Origin: an uncultured Armatimonadia bacterium
Lineage (GTDB): Bacteria > Armatimonadota > Zipacnadia > CAVVLO01
Reading direction: 5' to 3'
Assembly: GCA_963749155.1 (NCBI GenBank)
Contig: CAVVLO010000002.1
Location: 128,001 to 192,000 of the forward strand
Length of the DNA stretch: 64,000 nucleotides
The notes below the pieces were generated by a model. It worked only from the letters and a program-made list of their open reading frames with translations. It had not been told where the DNA came from and made no database searches. Position 1 is the stretch's first letter. Each line of letters opens with the position of its first letter. The position numbers and the translations under genes are program-made. Of this stretch, positions 47,710 through 57,918 are shown one piece after another.

Positions 47710-49053
47710 TTACCAGAGCGAGGTCTCGTAACGATACTGCACTTCGGTCTGAGGCCGTTCGTCCTCAGGCGCTTCGACCTGAAGCATCAACCGATGCTTC
47801 GAGTCTTTGCTGCCGCCTAGTTGCAGGCCGAACTCCCAGTCTTCTTGGTCGTTGTACTCGTTCTGCTCTAGTTGGATTGTCAGTTGGAACAGCGAACTCC
47901 GAGCCAGCTCGAGTCGTGAGGTTAGCAGGTTGTCAGACTGCGCCCACTCGCCCGAGGCTGTGGCATCAATCCCAAACACGTTGAACAGGCGCAGTTTGCC
48001 TGTATAGGTGTCCTCGACCAGGTCGGCATAAGGACTCTCGTCGCGCTGGAAGCCCAGCTCCAGACGCCCTTTCTCCAGTTCAAACCGGTAGTCCCGGCGC
48101 TCGAGGCCGGCACTGGCCAGGGTGTCTTTCAGAGCCACCTCGGCGTTGAAGTCCAGCCCCAGCAAGGAAGTTCGTCCACCATAGCGCGCTTTGCGTTCTG
48201 TCTGGCTCTGCGCGAGCTCGCCCTGGAGCAACAGGTCAGAAACTGGTTTTGTATCCAGCTTCACCTTATAGGTAGGTGAACCAAATACAGAACCTATACT
48301 TGCGTCCCATCCCAGCGATTCGCTACCGCGCGGTGTATAAGCGAGTTCCCAGAGCTCGCCGCGCACAGAGTCACGCTGGGCGAGGACCGCAATTACTCCA
48401 TCAGCGGTCCGGCGATTATAGGCTGCGCCCAGCAACTGACTGCCCTGGAGCTGACTGTAAGTTAGTCCTGTATTGGACCGGCTGCTTTTTTGCATATAAG
48501 CAAAGCTCTTTTCAATCTTGGTCGAGTTACTCCACCTTGCATCAAAGCTCTTGCCTTGGCCAAGGCTCGAAGTCAGAGTAAAGACATCGCTGCCACTGGC
48601 GGCTGGACTTCCCCGGAATCCCAGTTTCGTTCTGCTGCCAAGTGCCAGTTCACTGGACCAGGTTTCAGTTGTGCTTGCGCCATGACCTTGCAAGGTGCGC
48701 GTCAGGTTGAATTGCTGTTTGGGCAGCGAAAGCTGCAGCGTCCGAGTGTCTTCGCCCTCTTCCCGGTAACCAAGCACCGAAGAGCCATACGGGTGGAAAA
48801 CAAGCCCCAGTGATTCAGGCTGGCTTGCCCCTGTAAGCTCGCTAGTAGCCCCTTCTCGCTCGAAGCTCCAGTTCGTATCCAGTTCGAAGGAGCCAGTATT
48901 CAGTTGAAACTGGGTGGTGGCCTTATCGCTGGTATAGTTTTGAACCGAGGCGGCAAGCCCAGTTGGCGCTCCGGACGGTTCATCCGAGAAGCCTGGTAAG
49001 GCCAGGTAGCATACTAGTACTAGAATAAGAAGCCCTTTGGTCATCTTGCTCAC
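47710..49053 (-). CDS. Secreted beta-strand-rich protein, possible outer-membrane beta-barrel
   Basis: Signal peptide, alternating polar/hydrophobic strands, C-terminal EVQYRYETSLW. Confidence 0.5.
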   Translation of the reverse strand: MSKMTKGLLILVLVCYLALPGFSDEPSGAPTGLAASVQNYTSDKATTQFQLNTGSFELDTNWSFEREGATSELTGASQPESLGLVFHPYGSSVLGYREEGEDTRTLQLSLPKQQFNLTRTLQGHGASTTETWSSELALGSRTKLGFRGSPAASGSDVFTLTSSLGQGKSFDARWSNSTKIEKSFAYMQKSSRSNTGLTYSQLQGSQLLGAAYNRRTADGVIAVLAQRDSVRGELWELAYTPRGSESLGWDASIGSVFGSPTYKVKLDTKPVSDLLLQGELAQSQTERKARYGGRTSLLGLDFNAEVALKDTLASAGLERRDYRFELEKGRLELGFQRDESPYADLVEDTYTGKLRLFNVFGIDATASGEWAQSDNLLTSRLELARSSLFQLTIQLEQNEYNDQEDWEFGLQLGGSKDSKHRLMLQVEAPEDERPQTEVQYRYETSLW

Positions 49054-49139
49054 CTCCCTTTAGCTGGTTGGCAAAGCAAAGACGAGCCTGCTTGGCGGCT
49101 CGTCTCACGCACTGCCTTCCTGAGTATTTAGACACCACT

Positions 49140-50558
49140 CTAGCCTGCGGGTTGCTGCTCCTTGTCACTGTGCTTGACTGGCAACCAAACGCTGAAAGTT
49201 GAGCCTTCCCCTTCTTTGCTGGATAAGGCCAGGCGACCTCCATGATGCTCCACCAGTTTTTTTACAAGGGGCAATCCAAGACCGGTGCCTTTCTTCTTTC
49301 TGGCGCTTTCGGTACGGAAATAGGGTTCGAAGACTTTCGCCATATCGCTTTCGCCAATCCCAAATCCCTGGTCCTCGACCTCTACACGCGCCTCGTCATC
49401 CTCCAGGGCAAGTCGGACCGTCACGGTCGTATTGCTGGGCGAATACTTGATAGCATTAGTGACAAGGTTCGTGATAACGAGTTGGATACGAGGCTCATCG
49501 GCTTCGATATGAAGCCCCTTCGCCTCTGCAGCCACTTCGTAGACAAGCTCATGTTCGTTGGCATAAAGGCCGTGACGTTCTACGAAATGGTCCAGTAAAG
49601 CGTCCAGGTCGAAAGCCGTTATGTTCAGTCTAAGAGACTTGCCCGATTCGATCTGGGACAGGTCCAGGAACCCATTAATCATCTGGGTCAGGCGGTCGAC
49701 CTCGTCCATCATCATCTGAAGGAACTGGGCCTGACGCGCGCCTTCGAGCCGCTGGTCCAAAATGCTGGAAGCTACAAACTTGAGGGTCGTAAGGGGGCTC
49801 TTCAGCTCATGCGACACGAAGGAAACAGCCTCACTCTTCATTCGTGAAAGCCGCTCCAGCTCCGTGACATCCGTGAAGACAACAACTCGTCCAAGCCAGG
49901 AGCCATTGCTTCCCCCGATATCCTCAACGCCTGCCTGGACGAAGGTCTCGCCAGTCTGGAGAACCCGGTTTTCCGGCAAGTTGCCTGTAGCAATTACTGT
50001 GAGTAGCTCCTTGTCTTTGATCGATTCTTGTGCAACAGGACGACCAGCCTTCGGTGGGTCAATGCCAAGCAAGCGACAGGCAAAATCGTTGGCTATTACC
50101 ATTTGGTTCGCAGAGTTGGTAACCACAAGCCCATCGGGCATCAGGTCTACGATTGCCTCGAGCTGGGTCTCCAGCAATCTAGCCCTGGCAGCGATCCGGG
50201 CGCGCTCGGCTTCCAGCTCGATGCGTTGCTTTTCCATACTGCTCTTGGCGGCCTGGTAAGCGGCAGTCGCCTGGTTGACGAGACTACGCACCTCGGCATC
50301 AGACGTCAAAGTGAAGACTGCGCGCCCCCCTTCCCCATGACGTTCCAGCAAGCCAGCGGCCACCAGTTCACTGGCTTCGAGGTCAAGCTGGGCAGGCTCG
50401 GCGCCTATCCAGATAGCCAAGGATTCGGCGGTGTCTATTGTGCCCGGATTAGCATCCAGAAAAGCTACCAACTCGAGTTTGACCAGCGAGTCGAGATGCT
50501 CTTCCAGGAATTGGGCTATCTCGCTTGCTTTTTCACTTTTGCGTGATTTGGCTGTCAT
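49140..50558 (-). CDS. Cytoplasmic histidine kinase: wHTH-like - coiled coil - PAS - HisKA - HATPase
   Basis: VSHELKSPL, NLVTNAIKYS, DQGFGI, FEPYFR and GTGLGL motifs; no TM segment. Confidence 0.92.
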   Translation of the reverse strand: MTAKSRKSEKASEIAQFLEEHLDSLVKLELVAFLDANPGTIDTAESLAIWIGAEPAQLDLEASELVAAGLLERHGEGGRAVFTLTSDAEVRSLVNQATAAYQAAKSSMEKQRIELEAERARIAARARLLETQLEAIVDLMPDGLVVTNSANQMVIANDFACRLLGIDPPKAGRPVAQESIKDKELLTVIATGNLPENRVLQTGETFVQAGVEDIGGSNGSWLGRVVVFTDVTELERLSRMKSEAVSFVSHELKSPLTTLKFVASSILDQRLEGARQAQFLQMMMDEVDRLTQMINGFLDLSQIESGKSLRLNITAFDLDALLDHFVERHGLYANEHELVYEVAAEAKGLHIEADEPRIQLVITNLVTNAIKYSPSNTTVTVRLALEDDEARVEVEDQGFGIGESDMAKVFEPYFRTESARKKKGTGLGLPLVKKLVEHHGGRLALSSKEGEGSTFSVWLPVKHSDKEQQPAG

Positions 50559-50559
50559 A

Positions 50560-51936
50560 TCAGGCAGGGAGTATCCTGACTCCTTCATTACTGATCTCAA
50601 ACTGCCGAACGCGCATATCCGCGGCACTGGTGCGCATCTTGGGTATGGAAAGCTGTCGCTTTATCACACCTTGCTCCTCCACCAGACGCATTTCGAGGAT
50701 AGTATCTATCGCCATTCCCGCTAGCTCATAGCCGCGGTCTTCCCCACCGAAATTTTCATGGGTCAGTATCGAGGTAATGCCTTGCTGCTCGAAAGTGCTC
50801 ACCAGGCTGTAAATCCAGTTGCGAAGCTCGGTGGGAGAGGCAGTGTTGGCCTCGATTACATTGAGTCCGTCCACTACTACTCGTTTGATTTCAAGTTCGC
50901 GTACAGAATCCTGGATCTCCCAGAAGAGCCGGTTCACATTGAGATCAGCCGAGGGAGCCGCCAAAACGCGGAATTTCTCACTTTTGATAAAGTCTCGCAG
51001 ATAACCGAATCCCTCAGCCATCTGGAATATCTTGTATAACCGCTCATCCAGGGAGACAAACAGGCAAGACTCTTCCTGCTGGACGCCCTCATGCAGAAAT
51101 TGCAAGCCCAGACTGCTCTTGCCTGCACCAGGGGGGCCACTCACGAGGCCACAGAAACCTTGTATTAGGCCCCCGCTCAGCATCTCGTCCAGCCCAGCGC
51201 AGCCTGTCGAGACGCGCTCCAGCGGATTGCCGATGATCTCTTCGCGAGGGGGTTGGGGATTGGGATAGACAACAAGCCCCGAATCGGAGAAATCAAGGGG
51301 ATGTTTGCCCGAAATGTGCTCCTGTCCACGCGTCTTTACAATCTCGACGCACCGCTGCCGCCTCATCCGTTTGGGACTCGGATCATAACTCACCACGAGT
51401 ACGGCATCGGCGGTATAAGCCTCAAAAGAGATTGGCGAATCGTGTTCAAGTGAGAGTTCCTTGGTAAGGAAAGCTGTGAGATTGCGCTTTTTGAAGCCAT
51501 TGAGGAAGCTGTTCATTATCTCGCGCAATCTTACTGTCTCGAGTTCCAGCCGTTCAAAATGAGTGACGCTATCCACCAGGATGCGTCGAGCGCCAATCTC
51601 ATCCATCACGACATCCAGCATACCGCCTGGTTCCTGGATTTGTTCGTTGAAGACTTCAGGTGATGTACTGATGACCCTGAGTTTATCTTCGTCCTCAAGC
51701 GCCCTCAGATCCCAGCCGAACTGGGCCGCATCACGATAAAGCTGTTCAGGAAACTGCTCGAAAGTCACGATGATGCCAGGTTCGTCCAGCTCGGAGGCGC
51801 CGTGATAGACAAATTGTAGACCGAGGGTTGTCTTGCCGGTGCCTGGCGCGCCTTCTATCAAGAGGCTATGCCCCTCGATTAGCCCACCTAAAAATAGTTC
51901 GTCCAGGCCTTTGATGCCCAGGGGTAGCTTGCCCAT
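50560..51936 (-). CDS. KaiC-family two-domain ATPase
   Basis: GIKGLDEL..GAPGTGKT..VDSV..KTRG; second domain STGCAGLDEMLSGG..GPPGAGKS..KMR. Confidence 0.92.
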   Translation of the reverse strand: MGKLPLGIKGLDELFLGGLIEGHSLLIEGAPGTGKTTLGLQFVYHGASELDEPGIIVTFEQFPEQLYRDAAQFGWDLRALEDEDKLRVISTSPEVFNEQIQEPGGMLDVVMDEIGARRILVDSVTHFERLELETVRLREIMNSFLNGFKKRNLTAFLTKELSLEHDSPISFEAYTADAVLVVSYDPSPKRMRRQRCVEIVKTRGQEHISGKHPLDFSDSGLVVYPNPQPPREEIIGNPLERVSTGCAGLDEMLSGGLIQGFCGLVSGPPGAGKSSLGLQFLHEGVQQEESCLFVSLDERLYKIFQMAEGFGYLRDFIKSEKFRVLAAPSADLNVNRLFWEIQDSVRELEIKRVVVDGLNVIEANTASPTELRNWIYSLVSTFEQQGITSILTHENFGGEDRGYELAGMAIDTILEMRLVEEQGVIKRQLSIPKMRTSAADMRVRQFEISNEGVRILPA

Positions 51937-51949
51937 GCAGTTTCTTCTC

Positions 51950-52282
51950 CTATTTCCTGCCGTTGAACTCCAACAACTTGGCCAAACGCAGCCTGCCGTC
52001 AGAATCCAGGAGCTGGGCGAGAAACTCTCCAACCAGCTCTCGGGCCTCGCGGTCGCGTGTATAACGGAAAACTGGATTATCCGAAGCCGAACACTGCAGC
52101 AACCCGGTAGAGGCCATCTGCTCCAGCACGGATTCCAGCAACTCGGGATTGCGTCCTATCCAGTGCGCCAAGCCCCGGCTGGTATCCATAGCCGAAGGAT
52201 TGTGATGGAAGTATGCAAGCACTTCCACCGCAATCACCGAACTACCAATCTGCCCAACATACTGAGCGAGTTGTTCTTTCAT
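51950..52282 (-). CDS. Small wHTH-like protein (KaiC-associated)
   Basis: YFHHNPSAMDTSRGLAHWIGR...GLL; homologous by eye to the kinase N-domain. Confidence 0.75.
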   Translation of the reverse strand: MKEQLAQYVGQIGSSVIAVEVLAYFHHNPSAMDTSRGLAHWIGRNPELLESVLEQMASTGLLQCSASDNPVFRYTRDREARELVGEFLAQLLDSDGRLRLAKLLEFNGRK

Positions 52283-52339
52283 AAGACATACTTCCTGCAT
52301 TGGTCCTGCTCCATCCAGGCTGGCCTGCGACCTTCCAAC

Positions 52340-52630
52340 CTAGCGCGCTGCCAACACCGTCGAGACTAGCTGGCGCAGCGTTTTATCCTTGGTATAGCTA
52401 TAAATCGGAGGCCTGGTAACACCGGCCGTTGCTCTTATTTGTACGAGGCCCTTCTCTGCCAGAAGCTCCAGTTCATCGCGCACTGACTGCTCGCTTTGGC
52501 CTAGTCTTACAGCGATGCCCCGAGCATAATCCATCGTGAAGGGATTACGCTCAAAGAAATTCAGGACGCCCACACACCCCTGGGCGTCATCCTGCTCAAG
52601 CCAGTTTCTGAGTGTCTCCTCGGTCATCAA
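52340..52630 (-). CDS. Small wHTH-like protein (paralogue)
   Basis: FFERNPFTMDYARGIAVRLGQ...LELLAEKGLV. Confidence 0.75.
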   Translation of the reverse strand: MMTEETLRNWLEQDDAQGCVGVLNFFERNPFTMDYARGIAVRLGQSEQSVRDELELLAEKGLVQIRATAGVTRPPIYSYTKDKTLRQLVSTVLAAR

Positions 52631-53946
52631 GACTCCCGTTCACCGCCGGCCTCGTGGCGAGGCAGACGCGCAACCAGTGCGTCCAGAGCATCAGCGTGCT
52701 GGGCTTCCAAAGGGTACACGATGAAGGTGCATTCTTCATCGCCGACTGCCTGGCAAGCCATCTCTTCACAATTGCAGGGGGCGCCGGTAAGCAGTTCTGC
52801 CGTACGCGACAAAAATCCCCGAGCGAAATCATCTGCCTGACGTCCAGCAGGAGTCATGGCCTGGAAAAGTCCGGTGCCAGCAAAACGCAGTTCTCCAGAG
52901 GCCTCCTGAGACTCCGCAAGCCTGAGTTCGCCAAGGCCCTGGAGCTGGAAGGCCTTCAGTCGCTCGCCCAGGCTGCCACCGAGTTTCTCAGCCAGTCGCC
53001 CGCCCGTATTATACATCGCGAGGGTCGACTCTCTCATCTGGTCGCCAAGGTCTTTCAGGATCTCGCCCACGAGCTGCCTGGAGACGGAACTTGCCTTGAG
53101 TTGGGCCTGAGCGCGTTCGAGTCGCCTGGCCATCTCATTTAGCGTGATAGCGAGCAAGCCAAGTTCATCTTTGGTATGGACAGTTGCGCGACGTGAAAGT
53201 TTCCCCGAAGCCAGTTGCTCGGCCACCGTAGACAGCTCCATAATGCGAGCCGAGATGCCTTTTGAGACCCAGATGCCCGCCCCAAGCGCAAGGAACACTG
53301 TCAAGATTAGCGCTGTAAGCACCAGAGAGTTGGCCCTGCCTGTAGCCTGGTCTATCTGCTCACGCGAGAGCTTCCTTGCCTGGGCTACTAACTGCTGAGC
53401 CTCAAGAGCCGCGCTGCGGAAGGCGGCTGCGCGCCGGCTGTTGGCGCCACTAAGCTCTGTGGCTCGAGTAGCCACAGAGTGCGCCTGATCGAGTATGCCG
53501 AGTAGTGCTGCAACGAAATCATCAACCTGGGGAGTTGCGGTTCCCACTCCCACATCCAGTGGAGAGATATTACTAAGCGAAAAGCCTGCGCGCTGGGCTT
53601 CCTTTTGCAGTTCGTCAGACTTCGAACTCCACTCGCGAGCCAGTTCGGCCAGCTCCTGAGGAGGAGCCTCCTGAGGAGCTTCAGCAATCAGGGCTGTCCG
53701 TTCACTTAGTCCACCCAGCTCTGCCAGCAACTCGAAAAGGCTTGACTGACTTTGGATACGACTCAGCGAACCCGAAATAAACCACAGCAAGACACCAAAG
53801 ACGCCACAGACCAGCAGAGGCACCGCAATTATCTTGGTGCCTACACCGAACCGCACCGTCATCACCTGGCTTGCCAGACGACTCAGTGGATCATGCCGGG
53901 CCATCGTTTCCGGCTCACTCCCTGTAGTAGTCGGCGTTGACGACAA
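52627..53946 (-). CDS. 2-TM sensor - HAMP - V4R protein
   Basis: TM, helical extracytoplasmic domain, TM, HAMP (GKLSRR..DELGLLAITLNEMA), and C-terminal GFL...CEEMACQAVGDEECTFIV (V4R). Confidence 0.8.
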   Translation of the reverse strand: MSSTPTTTGSEPETMARHDPLSRLASQVMTVRFGVGTKIIAVPLLVCGVFGVLLWFISGSLSRIQSQSSLFELLAELGGLSERTALIAEAPQEAPPQELAELAREWSSKSDELQKEAQRAGFSLSNISPLDVGVGTATPQVDDFVAALLGILDQAHSVATRATELSGANSRRAAAFRSAALEAQQLVAQARKLSREQIDQATGRANSLVLTALILTVFLALGAGIWVSKGISARIMELSTVAEQLASGKLSRRATVHTKDELGLLAITLNEMARRLERAQAQLKASSVSRQLVGEILKDLGDQMRESTLAMYNTGGRLAEKLGGSLGERLKAFQLQGLGELRLAESQEASGELRFAGTGLFQAMTPAGRQADDFARGFLSRTAELLTGAPCNCEEMACQAVGDEECTFIVYPLEAQHADALDALVARLPRHEAGGERES

Positions 53947-54652
53947 GCCCCTGCTGGGGTTTCAGGGCAAAGGGGAAGGCCCGGGGGTCGAAAGGCTGGC
54001 CACGCACCTTGGAAACTCGCAGATTGCGTTTGGGCACGCCGCCTCTTTCTTCCGCCACAAAGAGTTCTGCGATCACGTCATAAGCATTGGTCAGGCCATA
54101 AGTCTCCACAGGCCCCATTGCCGAGGAGAGATACAAGTCTAATAGCACTACGTTATCTTCGCGCAGCAACCTGTTCTTGTCGTAGATAAGGTTCACAAAG
54201 TCTCGCGGCGAGTAGTTGACCATAACTGATGCCAGGGAATCTATGACGACTCGACAGGGCCTGCCTGCTTTATCAACCGCCGATTTGATCACGTAGAGCA
54301 GTTCCTGCTGGTCGGCCTTGTCCGAGACGAAATAGCCCCCAGAGCGCTGCTGTGAGAAAGCATCCAGCACCAGCAGCTTGCCCTCACGCTCATAAGGATC
54401 TGTACCGAAACCGAATTTTTTAAGGGCGCGCCGTATCCTGTCCGGCGACTCGTCGCAAGCAACAAAGACAGCCGACTCTCTGGCCCGCAAGCCCTCGACG
54501 ATGAATTGATAACCGAAGGTAGACTTGCCGGCTCCGCTGTCCCCAGTCACTTGCCAGGCGGTCCCGAAGGGAATCGGCTCGCTAAGTATGCCCTCAAGCG
54601 GTGTGAAACGTACTCCCTCTTCGCCCTGTGGCGTGGCTCGCTCCTCGCTCAC
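53915..54652 (-). CDS. Single-domain KaiC/RAD55-family ATPase
   Basis: GDSGAGKST, RVVIDSL and LRVSKVRG motifs. Confidence 0.9.
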   Translation of the reverse strand: MSEERATPQGEEGVRFTPLEGILSEPIPFGTAWQVTGDSGAGKSTFGYQFIVEGLRARESAVFVACDESPDRIRRALKKFGFGTDPYEREGKLLVLDAFSQQRSGGYFVSDKADQQELLYVIKSAVDKAGRPCRVVIDSLASVMVNYSPRDFVNLIYDKNRLLREDNVVLLDLYLSSAMGPVETYGLTNAYDVIAELFVAEERGGVPKRNLRVSKVRGQPFDPRAFPFALKPQQGLVVNADYYRE

Positions 54653-56062
54653 TTAGCTCATCTCCTCGCCACCGGGCACGTAGTACACCCGGATGCCTTC
54701 CTGGGTGATGGCCATCCTGTGCTCGCCCATCACGTGGCGCGTAGCGCGCAGTTTATAAACCTCAAGGCTGCGCCGACGTTTGGAATCCTGCTGCTGCACT
54801 CTCAGCACCACGACCCCGTCTACCAGTGATTCCTCAGTCTTAAAATTGCTAAGGTCGAGGGCGCCAGAGGTCGTTGGTGACACCAGGACTGATGTTGACT
54901 TGCAGGACTTTAACAGGTCGACAAGCTGAGCCAGCTTCTCGGCTACCAGCCCATCGTCCTCCGAGATCGAGTGCAGCATCGAGGCAACCGAATCCACTGC
55001 CACTCGCTTTGCGCCAGTGGTCTCAAGCAGCTCGCGCACTTCAAGCAGATGCTTGTCGACGTTCAGGTCTACAATGGGAAAAGACCGGAGCACCAGCTTG
55101 CCTTCCTCTACTAGCTGTCTCACAGGCCAGCCAAAGCTCTCGCCGAGTTCGACAAGTTGCCCTTCGGCCTCTTCATAGAGCAGCATCAAACCGACTTCGC
55201 CAAATTCCAGAGCGCCTCTTGTCAGATATTGCAGAGAGAGAATCGTCTTGCCAGTGCCAGCGGCTCCCGACAGCAGAGTTACAGCCCCCTGGGGGAAGCC
55301 TCCCCCAAGCAGTCTGTCTATCTCCGACAGGCCAAAAGCGCATCGGACGTCACTCTTAAGCACGGCTGGCTGGCCACTGGTCAGTTTTCGCGGGAAGACC
55401 TGCAGCCCGTCAGGATCTATCTCATACGAATGCCGGCCTGGCATAAAACCCGAACCGCGCATCTTGTGGACCGACAACCAGCGTCCCCCGCCTCGGGTCT
55501 GCTCGTCATTCTCGAGGTACAGCACCCCGTCAGCGATGGCAAATTCCGGCTCGGATTCGAGTTGATCAGCGGTATATTCACCAATCAGGAAGGTGGTGCA
55601 TTGCCAGCCGGCCATCTTCACCGCCAGGTCGTAGACGAACTTCCGGAACTCGCTAACCGAGGGCGCCAAGTCGTGGATAGCCTTGAAGCTATCGATTACC
55701 ACAACGGCAGGCCGGATCTGCTTTACCATCTCGATAAGCCGAGATTGGGCATCTCCGAGCCCTTCCTGGCGCACAATAGCGCCAATATCATTGAAAAATA
55801 CGCTTGTACCGACTTTATCCTGGTCGAAGAAAGTGAAGCCTTGCTGATAGCGCAGCACCTTGACCGAGGGCTCGGACAAGGTAGTGACATACATCGCTTT
55901 GCGCTCTTCGCTGGCGTTGTGGAACATCATCTCTTGAGCCAGGACAGTCTTCCCGGTACCGGGGCTTCCAGCTATCACGTTAACCGAATAGGCAGGAAAA
56001 CCTCCGCTGAGGATACGATCCAGATTCGGGATGCCTGTGGGCAGTCGCTCCAACTCGCACAC
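54653..56062 (-). CDS. KaiC-family two-domain ATPase
   Basis: PTGIPNLDRILSGG, GSPGTGKT, IDSF, KMRG; second domain GAAGTGKT, YEE, VDSV, KLRA. Confidence 0.93.
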   Translation of the reverse strand: MCELERLPTGIPNLDRILSGGFPAYSVNVIAGSPGTGKTVLAQEMMFHNASEERKAMYVTTLSEPSVKVLRYQQGFTFFDQDKVGTSVFFNDIGAIVRQEGLGDAQSRLIEMVKQIRPAVVVIDSFKAIHDLAPSVSEFRKFVYDLAVKMAGWQCTTFLIGEYTADQLESEPEFAIADGVLYLENDEQTRGGGRWLSVHKMRGSGFMPGRHSYEIDPDGLQVFPRKLTSGQPAVLKSDVRCAFGLSEIDRLLGGGFPQGAVTLLSGAAGTGKTILSLQYLTRGALEFGEVGLMLLYEEAEGQLVELGESFGWPVRQLVEEGKLVLRSFPIVDLNVDKHLLEVRELLETTGAKRVAVDSVASMLHSISEDDGLVAEKLAQLVDLLKSCKSTSVLVSPTTSGALDLSNFKTEESLVDGVVVLRVQQQDSKRRRSLEVYKLRATRHVMGEHRMAITQEGIRVYYVPGGEEMS

Positions 56063-56108
56063 CTTCCCACACTTCGGCCCAGGCTACAAACCTTGGCCGC
56101 GACGGTGT

Positions 56109-56478
56109 TCAGTCTCCGTTGAGCTGATGCTCGGCCTGTTCCACGTCGGGTCTAAGATGCTTGACCACGACCTGACCGGTCAGAGTGGAGACATTCGAAA
56201 ATCAGCCGGGTGAATAGAGTCTTAAAAGCCTCTTTAAGTCGCTCGGGCGGCACCTCATCGAAGACGCTCACGTCTTCGGGAAGACGCACCCCTTCGTCAG
56301 TGACCTCGATGTATTCCAGGAAATGGTACTCCCCCGCCGCATCGAAAATGGCTGCCTCAATCATCGTCTGCAGGGCCACTGGCCCGAGCATACTGACTGC
56401 TTTGCGCCATATCGAGCGGAGCACCTCGGAATACACCTCGAGGATCTGCCGCTGGCTTAGTTCAGTCTGGCCGTTCAC
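56109..56478 (-). CDS. Small helical KaiC-associated protein (frameshift near 56199)
   Basis: Removing one T from ATTTTCG gives ...RLISNVSTLTGQVVVKHLRPDVEQAEHQLNGD*, matching the LTG motif of paralogue 57919-58260. Confidence 0.7.
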
Positions 56479-56490
56479 GGCGTCTACCCC

Positions 56491-57901
56491 TCACTCCCAC
56501 TGGATTTCGACAGGGTCAGCCAGTACAAGCCCCTGGTTGCTAATACAGAGCTCTCTAGCCTGTCGAGAGTGATCGCTAGCATGCATCTTGAGTATGAGCA
56601 ACGCTTTCTTCATCGCGCCCTGGTCATAGGTGTACTGAAGCATCAGCACGTTGTCCACCAGGGTGAAAAGCCCTTGTTCGGAAAGCGAACGCGCTCCAAA
56701 CAACTCGGGTACATTGTCCACCAACAAGGTCGTCACGCCCTGCCTTGCCAGGCGACGAAGCAAGGAGTGGAAGAAACCTTGCGCATTGATACTCGCATCG
56801 AAGGCTTGCCGCAGCTCGCTTACGCTATCGAGTACGAGTCTTTTGGTGCCAGTCCGTTGCACCTTCGTCAGCAGGTCGGTAGTAAAACGTTCTGGCTCCA
56901 GGCTGCGCGGAGAGAGAGGCCAAATCTCGACCTGATTCCCCTTCAGCGATACCCCTGCGCCTGCCGAAGTGCCGCGAAGCTCAGCTTCCGACTGACGGAA
57001 ACTCACTAACAATCCTGGGTCACTAGCAGCTTGTCCGGCTGCAAGGAAGCTCATCGCGACAAGGGACTTCCCCACGCCGCTCGGGCCGATGACAAGGGTG
57101 CTGGTGCCGCGCGGGATGCCTCCCCCACAAGCCTCATCAAGCCCCCTTACCTGGAGGCCAACTCGATCAGCTACGGATTCGACCGAATTCTCACAGATAA
57201 AATGCTCGCTTTCCAGATTCGGGAACAGCCGCAAGCCATCAGTGGTGATTTCGAAATAATGCTTGCCAATCTCGAAATCACTACCGCGCATCTTGACGAC
57301 TTCAAGAGAACGCCGCCGCCGCGCGCCATTGCCTTCAAAAGTCAGCTCGAGTACGCCATCGGCGATGGCGAATATCGACTCGGTGCGCATCTCTTCTTCT
57401 GTGTATTCGCCAATCAGGAAAGTAGTGCATTCCCAGGCCGACAGTTTCAGCGCCAAATCAAAACCAAACTTGCGGACTTCCTTGTTGTCGGTCGCAAGAT
57501 CGTTAATGGCTTTGAAAGAGTCAATACAAACGAGCCCTGGCTGCGTCTTGCGCACCTGATGCAGAATCTGCTGGAGCGTCTCGTTTAGACCTTTCTCACG
57601 GATCAGATGGGCCAGGTCCAGATAGACAACACTATCATTGAAACGGTCGATGTTGAAGTAGGAAAAACGTGACTGATAGCGCAACAGCTTGAGCGCTGGC
57701 TCGGACAAAGTGGTCATGTAGATGGCCTTGAAATTGACCGAAGCATTGTAAAACAGACTTTGATGAACCAGGGTAGTTTTTCCGCCGCCAGGCCTTCCGC
57801 TGATTATGTTGACCGAATACAGCGGAAACCCACCGTGCAGGATTTTGTCCAACCCCGCATTGCCCGTAGCCAGCTTGGGTAGCCCAGGTATAGGGGATCA
57901 C
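56491..57901 (-). CDS. KaiC-family two-domain ATPase (probable frameshift just after the start)
   Basis: In-frame upstream PKLATGNAGLDKILHGG; GRPGGGKT and GPSGVGKS. The GTG at 57901 is reached by removing one C from CCCC. Confidence 0.9.
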
Positions 57902-57918
57902 TCCCGGCGCGGAAGCGC

